Source: Balanoglossus misakiensis (Eukaryota; Animalia; Hemichordata). Taken from it: 64,000 nucleotides of DNA. Location of the stretch: the NCBI GenBank assembly GCA_040954595.2, contig CM082576.2:11969129-12033128 (forward strand). The letters run 5' to 3'. Below are positions 39,931-64,000 of the stretch, one piece after another. Each line of letters begins with the position of its first letter. Position 1 is the stretch's first letter. Below the pieces are notes generated by a model. That model was given only the letters and a program-made list of their open reading frames with translations. It did not search any database and was not told where the DNA came from. A program made the position numbers and the translations under genes.

Positions 39931-42077
39931 GCCCTGCACTCTTTGAACACACATGAAACGTGGACGTTGCAGACAATTTGATTAACTTTGTGGACTAATT
40001 AATTTGACACGCTTGTTCACAGCAAAGTCATTTAATTTAAATAAAGTAGCATTTATCAGAATCAGGCCTATGACATCACTTTTCTGATCCAGGTTCAAAG
40101 GTTATTGGCAATTTCTTTATCTCAAACTCGGAAAGATTACCACGTATACTTTTGTGAAGGGATTCAAGACACTTAGTTAAAATGTGGACCGTTCAGCTCA
40201 GGTTCTGTTGTACAAAATCGACCATAAAACTGTGATTCAAACGTCATTTATTTTATTTCATGGTCTTCATTTTAATCACTCGATAATTTTACACATCTAC
40301 AGGAATAGCTGTTGGCTAAAAATGCACAAGTTGGTATCTAACAGTATCTGTCTGGAATGTCTTCCCCAAAGCCATGATCAGGTCTGTATGCTCATTGGGA
40401 GAAAAAACGCATGGCAGTCATCTTGCCCTTCAGTGCCAAGGTTACCATGGCTACCACTGAAAGATGCACAAAGTGCAGCACCTGTGACTCTCTCAATGTC
40501 GAGTGTCCTGTCTTTTTATTACAGTGCAATTCCTAACCTTGGTAAAAAAACAAAATGATTACCGGTAATGTTTATTTCAGTCTTGGTACAATATTAAGAA
40601 ATATCAAAAACAGAAGTAATGCCAGACATACACTGAGGATTAATAATAACATTTAAGTGTTAAAAAAATTACAGACAATACCTGTTACAAGTCTGAGAAA
40701 GAAAGAAAGGAAGAGCAGTGATAACTTTTTTGTAAATTCAACATTCTTTTGTTTTGGGCAGAATAAGACTTCTGCATTGCATAACATTGCATCAGAAAAC
40801 ACACACATGTAGTCATATTTGGTATATAGTCGTTTAGGTCCAGAGTCACTTAAAAAAAATCTAACAACAATACCATGGATATAGTGGAGATCTAACCAAT
40901 TACAGATTTTCAGTTGGTAGCCACACAAAAATTATGTGCAACCATTATATGATTAGAACACTTATGATGCCCATGAAAAGGCATCGAAATCAGAGATGAC
41001 ATTATGCACACAATTCTGGACTCTCTATACAGGAAGTTACAAACATCACATTTCTATTTTTGTTCTATATCTGTAAATATAGAGAGCGTTGCCCTCCATT
41101 TTGAGTTTCTCTACAAATGTACTCATTTAATGAAAATAAACATTCATACTATAACCTGAATTTCAACACCTGAGGGTATTAATTAAATATGGTGTAAAAA
41201 TTTACTTTCTAATTTCTACAAAATCTACTGTGAAACACATCTAATGTACATGTATTTAGCTAGCATGCTTTTGGCAGGCTGTGAGTGAATTCATTAATAT
41301 AAAGAATTCCCATCATGCATCATGTTGTGTTATTTCAGCTTAATTAGGAGGTATTAACTTTATTTTTTCTGCAGTACACGAAAACATGAACAACACAAAA
41401 AGTAGCATGTATGCTGCTACGGTAGACAAAACACAGTTGAGAACATTCCATGTGATAGGTGCATAGTACCAAGAAATTTGCTGGAAAGAATGGATTAACA
41501 TTCTGTGCAATTCCACTGTAAAAAGAAGTTGACACCAATGTTTTTGCTCAATATAAATACAGATTTGCATTTTTGGTAAATTGCCTTTTGCCAATAGCAC
41601 GGCCGGCTGGCTGGCTGACATACTATAAGCTACATTGCTACCTTAGCAATTGTTACCTGAACACAATACAACCCAACAACCATCAACCACACAGGTCACA
41701 GTGCTTGTGAAGGGACACCAGGGTAAATACACCCCAAATTCACTGATAAATGCTAATCTTGCATCTGCTTTGAAGGGAATATTTTAGGTAAAAATAAATT
41801 ACTGATAAGTTGTACAATAACTGAGGGACATCGCACGCAAACATCGACACTTTTAAATATCACACGTTTCAGGAATACTGTCGAATCACAAGTTACCAAG
41901 TTAATTTTTCATGATAGGGCTGCCAGTAAATTCCACTTTTCACAGGAATTTCTCACTGACTTTTACCAGAGTGTATACACCCTGCTGCAATAGCCGTACC
42001 CATTAAAAACTTCATCAATGAGGCTACATCCGTTCTCTATTATCATAAAGACCATTCCACAACTAACAGAGGGGTCT

Positions 42078-42272
42078 CTAGGAAGAATCTTTTCTCTGCC
42101 AGAACGTAGCATGGCTGACAGTCCACTGGTTTTTCCTGGCTGTTTCACGAATGAAGAACGGCATATTTATCTCCTTGACCAAGACAAAGTTTGCGTCGAA
42201 GACGTCCTTCAGCGTCTCGAACGCCACCACTTCTCTTCCATCCTCATCGACGTAGCCACCAATCCAGTTTTT
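42078..42272 (-). CDS. Methyltransferase exon 4 (terminal)
   Basis: KNWIGGYVDEDGREVVAFETLK...MPFFIRETARKNQWTVSHATFWQRKDSS*. Confidence 0.92.
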   Translation of the reverse strand, partial: KNWIGGYVDEDGREVVAFETLKDVFDANFVLVKEINMPFFIRETARKNQWTVSHATFWQRKDSS

Positions 42273-44986
42273 CTGAAAAAAGTGGCAACAATTGGGAGTT
42301 ACATCCATGGGTATGAAAAGATGTTACACTTGTAATTAACAGTACTCAGACTTTTGACACAACGTCTGTATACTCACACGGTCACAATTTTTTTTTTATT
42401 CTTGCTTGTTTTCATAAAATGCAAGCCTGGGGATTGACTGGGGCATGAAGAATCCCTGCTTAAGACTTGCCTTTCAGCATTGATAGTTCTACAATGTACA
42501 GTACTGTAGGACTATGGACAAACACAAACCATATGATACACAAATTTCACAAAAGCAGAATTCTACTTTTTAAAGTTAAACTCTGAAAAGTAACTTCAAG
42601 ATAACTGCGTTACCTTTGGTGTGAACTCCTCCAAGAATGTATAGGGGGAGAGAATTACGAGAAGACCTCCAGGTGCGACCAAAGATTCACAGCGACTCAG
42701 GAAATCAAACGGGTTCTGCAATCGGCATATGAGATTGGCTGCCACAACACACCCGAACTGTCCAATGTCTAGAGGTAGGTTGCAGGCATCTCCTTGTCGA
42801 AATACGCAGCGACTTCTATCCTGGAAACGAGTGCAACAAACCAGATTGTGAATTTGAATGAAGTGTGCGTTACTTGTATCTTACTTGAAAATGATCAAAT
42901 CATAGTCTAAGTGACTGTGATAATAAAATCACACACATAGTCTCAAAGAGCAAACTACAGAATCGTATCATTAACGATCTGATTACCAGATAGAATCTAC
43001 ACATTGTGCCTCGGATTCTGTGAAATAATCCCCGATTTTATGAGCCTGTTCAAGATGTAAATTGAATAAAAACGCCATTACACTTACTATATCTGGAGGT
43101 ACCAGAGCTTTGAGTTGTGTTGTCAGGTGACCTTGATCGACCACCTCGTAGTCCATGTGTCCATCTTCCTTCAGCTGATTGCACACATCCACAAAGTTAT
43201 GGCTGTAGTCCATGCCCACCACTTCTTCAAATCTACGAGCCAGCTCGAACGAGGTTCTTCCCACGGCACAGCCTATGTCAAGCGCCCTGCTTGGCACACC
43301 CTCCTGTCGAATTTAAATTGGCATTGTAAGAACATTACGCACTGACAATAGGGAGAGATACAGTTTATAACATGTGTGTACCTCTCATATGAGACAGCAG
43401 CCTAGTAGTGCATCTAACGCAAACGGCAATCATTTTAATGTTTTCATGACTGAATGTGTATATCACATTATGTAGCAAATAACTCAAGTATGGGAAAGAT
43501 TTGGCAGAATTATCCGACACATTTCATGGGAACTGCTGGAAGTAGCCATTAAAATGAAAAAATGACAGAGTTGTTGGATGTTTTCTACTGACTACTGGCT
43601 GTTATCAACATCACTGCTATAGTCTATGACTGCATCATTAAATTGCATATAATAATTTAATATTGAAGTACTCGATCATTTAATTCACTTGCTTTTGTAT
43701 ATTAACAACCTGGACAAAGCCGCAGCCAAACCACATTTGCATAAAATAGACCATGAAGGTCTGATAATTACTAAAATTAGCAGTATGCATCTGATGCCAT
43801 GCAAATACAGAATTTGCATCAATTTCACTAGACAGTGTTGTCTGTACATGTTCAAATGTTCTGCCACATATCAATCAACGGTATTTTTAGATTTCCTGCA
43901 AAGGCAATCATGAAGTCTGAATTAGCATTTAATCATACTACCGGTAAATACAATTGGTGCATTGTATTCACTTTGAAAAAATAATGACAAGATATGTCTC
44001 AGTACTATAAATGAGCATCAACCTGTGAAATAAAAAGTAATTAGCCTCGCCTTAGGTGGATCGGACGTGTGTTAAAAATTATAAGCTACATGCTTTCATT
44101 CACTGTGTGATTCTAGAATATATTATTTCTGTGACAAGAAATGTTTCATATAGTATGCCTCTAACCAATACGCTAAATGTGTGAGTGAGTTGAGATAACA
44201 ACCAATGATTCAGCACTTTTCACTGGCAAGGCAAAACAAATAAACTACTGTGAAATGACAAGAACCAAAATATCAAATATCAAAAGTCACTGTATCTTCT
44301 TTATCGCTAAATAGTCGTTCGGCATAAAAATTAATACAGGCTATAGATTGATCTTTGTGTCTGGTTTCAGAAGTGCGTGGATGGTTCAGGGGTGGTCCAT
44401 TCAATGTCCGGGGTGGGGGGTCTGGACGATTTTTGACAAAAGATGTGTGAACCACTGTGAACAGATGAAAGTTCGTCGTTCGAGTGAATTTCGTCACTGC
44501 ACTGTGGAGGTATGCTGAAAATTCGTTGAAGGAAACTGACTAATATCTCATATCATAATCTCAATCTTCCACCACCACCACCCTACATGCTAGTACATCA
44601 CAAGGGCCATCCCTAAACGTGATCTTGCCTGATGATGATGCGTATTGTGAACTCAAATGGCGTTATAGCCATGCATCACGACTATCAGAATGAAGCTGGC
44701 ACTTTACCTTTGGTTGAAATGTTGCCAGGCATTCCTCGGCAACACGTCGGGGGAAATCAAGGGCCTCTTTCGGACCGAAATCCCAACGAAGAACCTCGGA
44801 AGGGCTACCGAAATGGAAGACCAGATATTCGTTCAGTAGTTTCTGCGTCTCGTACACGTTCTCCCGGTGTTTCCTCTCCTTGTCGTAGTTGAGCAGCTTG
44901 TAGCAACAGTACACCGAAACCCCTGCGCTTGCCGCGAACGATGCTGCCACAAAATAGTGACGGTTGTCCCAAACGAAATCCGCCAT
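42078..44986 (-). CDS. Stand-alone SAM-dependent methyltransferase homologous to the OvoA C-terminal (thiohistidine N-methyltransferase) domain; 298 aa, 4 exons
   Basis: Exons 44708-44986, 43088-43303, 42614-42820 and 42078-42272, all introns phase 0. Motifs NVYETQKLLNEYLVFHFG, ALDIGCAVGRTSFELAR, GMDYS..F, FRQGDACNL, AANLICRL, PGGLLVILSPYTFLEEFTP..WIGG and MPFFIRETARKNQWTVSHAT.W match the OvoA MTase domain as I recall it. Confidence 0.88.
42614..42820 (-). CDS. Methyltransferase exon 3 (absent from the ORF track)
   Basis: DRSRCVFRQGDACNLPLDIGQFGCVVAANLICRLQNPFDFLSRCESLVAPGGLLVILSPYTFLEEFTPK, bounded by CAG and GTAACG. Confidence 0.92.
43088..43303 (-). CDS. Methyltransferase exon 2 (SAM-binding motif I)
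   Basis: EGVPSRALDIGCAVGRTSFELARRFEEVVGMDYS...PPDI, bounded by CAG and GTAAGT. Confidence 0.92.
44708..44986 (-). CDS. Methyltransferase exon 1 (hydrophobic N-terminus plus NVYET motif)
   Basis: ATG at 44986 with an in-frame TGA 9 codons upstream and no AG between them. 93 codons, donor GTAAAG. Confidence 0.88.
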
Positions 44987-46991
44987 AACGATAAAAGCCG
45001 CACCGGCGTTTCAGACCTCAGCAAACATGTGAGACTTCACCTTCGTTTGACCCCAATGTTCGATTTGCATAAATCCATGCATGACCTCAGGCGACGTCAC
45101 TCAACCGGGGTCACACACTAAGTTGATACCGGTAGCGGGCGGGTCAACTTTTTTTCAGGAAAGAGTACAACAATTGCTGGTACCAATATGTAGTTTGAAA
45201 GTAAAATCATGAAAACTATGATAATTCTAATAAAAATTCATATGCATAGAAAAGTGCTCTTTTTTCCTTAGTACATGTAGGCCTATGCTATCAGTAGGCC
45301 TATACATGAACGCAGACATGAACGCAGTGTGTGATTTCTAAATGAAGCGAACGATATAGATCCTTTGAAACAAAAGATCGGATAAACTGTACATATCTTC
45401 CTGTAAAGAGGCAAAAGCTGTAACTTTTGGCTACGTGATCATCATTTCTGTTTCTCATTCCACTCCCCATAGTACCAAAACACTCTGTATTCTACTTGTC
45501 AATATAAGTTTTCGAAAAGACTACTTACTGTCGATAAGCTAAATATCGGATATTTCATCATGCTTCAGGGATTCGATCGAACAAGTATCAAGCAATTCGA
45601 TTACATCTGGGGCCCAGTAAGCTAATATAAATACATGTACACCGTCTGGTTTCATCGTCCTGGTATCCGTCCAGTCTTAATATTGAGTTAACGCTTTACC
45701 ACCATGGTAACCGTACGAGGTGACGCACTGAAAAGCGAATAAAAGGTAAAAACCAATGCGTCTCCCAAAATAATAATTTACGACCAAAGTGATCAAACGC
45801 CTCCGTATCACGGGTTGAACTTCAAAAAACTGATATCAAAATTGGCACGCGACACTTCAAGTTTCCTCACCTTGTTGCGCGCCCTCATGTGACCAGTCAA
45901 CAAAATTGACCGTCACGTTGCTCGGCTCTCGGGAATTTATGTCTCCGAGAAATCGGTCTATGGCGAGTTCAAAAATCAATTACCCGTGAAGAAGTCAAAT
46001 TCACTGTATTCATTTCACCTAACACGTCCTCTTAATAACATAAATTGCATGACCACGCATTCTCCGGGGGAATAAAGTGAATGGAACGAAAAGTGTTGAA
46101 TCCACGTTCAATCCTCTCAGTCTTTGATGGGCAGAGTCGGTCGTTGCCTGGGGTACGGTGCAAGGTGCCGCATGTCAGCGAAGTTTCGTTATGGTTGAAT
46201 TATGCTGCGGCCTTTAGCGCCCCCACATTTGAAGTGCCGGCCCTACTATTGTCCAGGTGACTGTGCCGATTACATATCTAACAGTTTCCCTCATATATGA
46301 TATCTCCCCTTTTGCATGTACAACCTTCTGCGACATTGACATCTACATCGGACTTTGCCACATACGGACACATGATGGGGGATTCCACGATACATAAATA
46401 ATGAGACACGAAAATATGCACATTGACGAAGTACATGTATATTACTGTAGCCAACAAAATGGCTTGAATTTTTCATTGAAATTGATTCAACTCTGCGTGT
46501 CAATTACAGCGCCTTTTAAAGCTAGGTGTTGGTAGCTGAGACCCTGTGACAATAGTCTGACAGGTAGACCAAGACTGCGAGTTGTTGAACGTGTGGTTTG
46601 TCGTAGTTGGTTCAAGTACTTCGGCATATTAAACGAGCAGACTGAGATTACACTTAGGTGGAGGCCACCTGTTGATGATTAATACTCGTATCGTACTTGT
46701 AGGCTCGCTGCTGGCAATGGGTCTGTTTGGGGTTCATGCATATTCATGAGAGCGGCGTTGGTCGGCATGACTACCACTTACTGAGTCTTTGTACACCTCC
46801 CTTTATCTACCGCGACTGCGTGACAATAGGTAAGGACCTGATCGCTGTACACAAGGTAGTTGACGAGCCTGCAACAGACACACCACCCCTAGTGGATACA
46901 CTATCCGGCCAGTGCGATTCGCCAAGACGGTGTCGGTGTAGCGAGTTAATGGCCTCGACAATGGCCCGTATGCCTCCCATGAAATGTCATT
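44987..46991. promoter_or_regulatory. Divergent (head-to-head) intergenic region between the methyltransferase and WDR64
   Basis: The two ATGs face away from each other ~2 kb apart. Octamer ATTTGCAT (45063), CRE-like GACGTCA (45093) and imperfect X-box-like sites (~45700, ~46143) are present. Confidence 0.5.
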
Positions 46992-62890
<15,899 letters not shown>

Positions 62891-63335
62891 TGACGTGCCT
62901 TCTTGTCCGTTGCATGCCAAGGTTTGCAGACCCGAAACGCCGGACCCCACATTAATTATTTAACTTCTGACTCTTGAAGTTCTGAGAAGACTTCCACATT
63001 AATACTGTGCAGTTTTTTGTCGGGGACATATGCCACGTTTTTTTTGTTTTTACCTGAAATTTCAAGTCAACTCATTTTGTATGTTTTCAACGTTGACCAA
63101 GAATTTATGTGTCAAGATATATTTAAATACGTATATTTTTTACATGCAGTGACAAAAACACATGATGTACGCAACGTGTGGTATGTTTTGATGCAGGAAA
63201 ATGGGAATCTCTCATAATTATAAGCGCAGTGTGATAGCTTGGTTCGTGATGAGTGGCTGTGTCTTCTGTGAAATCTACGCTGAGTACTCGAAGTCCCCTT
63301 TCCTTTCCGATCTCCGTCACTTTAACGTCCAACGG

Positions 63336-63392
63336 TTGTTTTCTATGGTAAACTTGGACCTTAATAGCGGAAAATGGGGGTGAAAGGGTTAA
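63336..63392. mobile_element. Same MITE family, copy 5 (truncated)
   Basis: TTGTTTTCTATGGTAAACTTGGACCTT...GGGGGTGAAAGGGTTAA. Confidence 0.68.
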
Positions 63393-64000
63393 ATTTCAGT
63401 GGCATATTTCACCGCCTCGTACATGACTAAAGGGTTGCATGACTACGTGAATCAGGAAAATCGCGAATTGGCGAATGAGATCGAGATTACTCTTCTGTAC
63501 AAAAAAGGGGAGGTCGGATATCTGTCAATGCCACGACAAGGGCCTTACATTGAAATGACGTAAGGCGCCATAAATAGTAAATTTGAATTTATACAATGGG
63601 GCTCGAAGTACTCGCACTTTTTATATTCTCCATTTCGGACAAGTTTCTGTCCTCAATCCGTCCAACATTCACTTTTCGGTCAGAAGAGGGAATAAACACG
63701 TACAAGACCAAGCAGGCAAGGACCCTGTAGCGATCAAGCGATGCGATTATGTATGTCACCATGTGTATTGCCGGATAATGTTTCTACTTTATCAATGCGG
63801 CTAGCGAGTTTCGGTACATAACATGTGGTCTTGGACTGTGGACTATTCTTTGCCGTTATTCTTATCAAATTTGGTGCTGGTTGTTATCAGTATTCACTAA
63901 CAGACAGAATTGTACATATACTATATTCAATTTGTTATTATGCTTTTGAATTTAGAGGGAGACTTTTTGCGTTGTATTTCAGGAAATAAAGCGCCTTTCT

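Overview
Intron-rich eukaryotic genomic DNA, AT-rich, with GT-AG introns. It looks like a marine invertebrate, possibly a deuterostome such as a hemichordate (inference only). Three spliced genes can be rebuilt by hand with consistent exon phases. (1) Minus strand, 33798->6121, 19 coding exons, ~1010 aa: a receptor tyrosine kinase with a signal peptide, short Cys box, three FN3-like domains (the first strongly anosmin-1-like), TM helix and Torso/RET/FGFR-type kinase. (2) Minus strand, 44986->42078, 4 exons, 298 aa: a stand-alone SAM methyltransferase matching the C-terminal thiohistidine N-methyltransferase domain of the ovothiol synthase OvoA, with an N-terminal hydrophobic anchor and no sulfoxide-synthase domain. 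(3) Plus strand, 46992->62890, ~28 exons, ~1190 aa: a WDR64 orthologue, head-to-head with the methyltransferase. The window also holds a decayed LINE, a ~90-bp TTAA-flanked MITE family (5 copies), a TA-flanked MITE, microsatellites and two candidate RTK promoters. The most notable items are the stand-alone OvoA-type methyltransferase and the anosmin-like-ectodomain RTK. All homology calls come from recalled motifs, not database searches.
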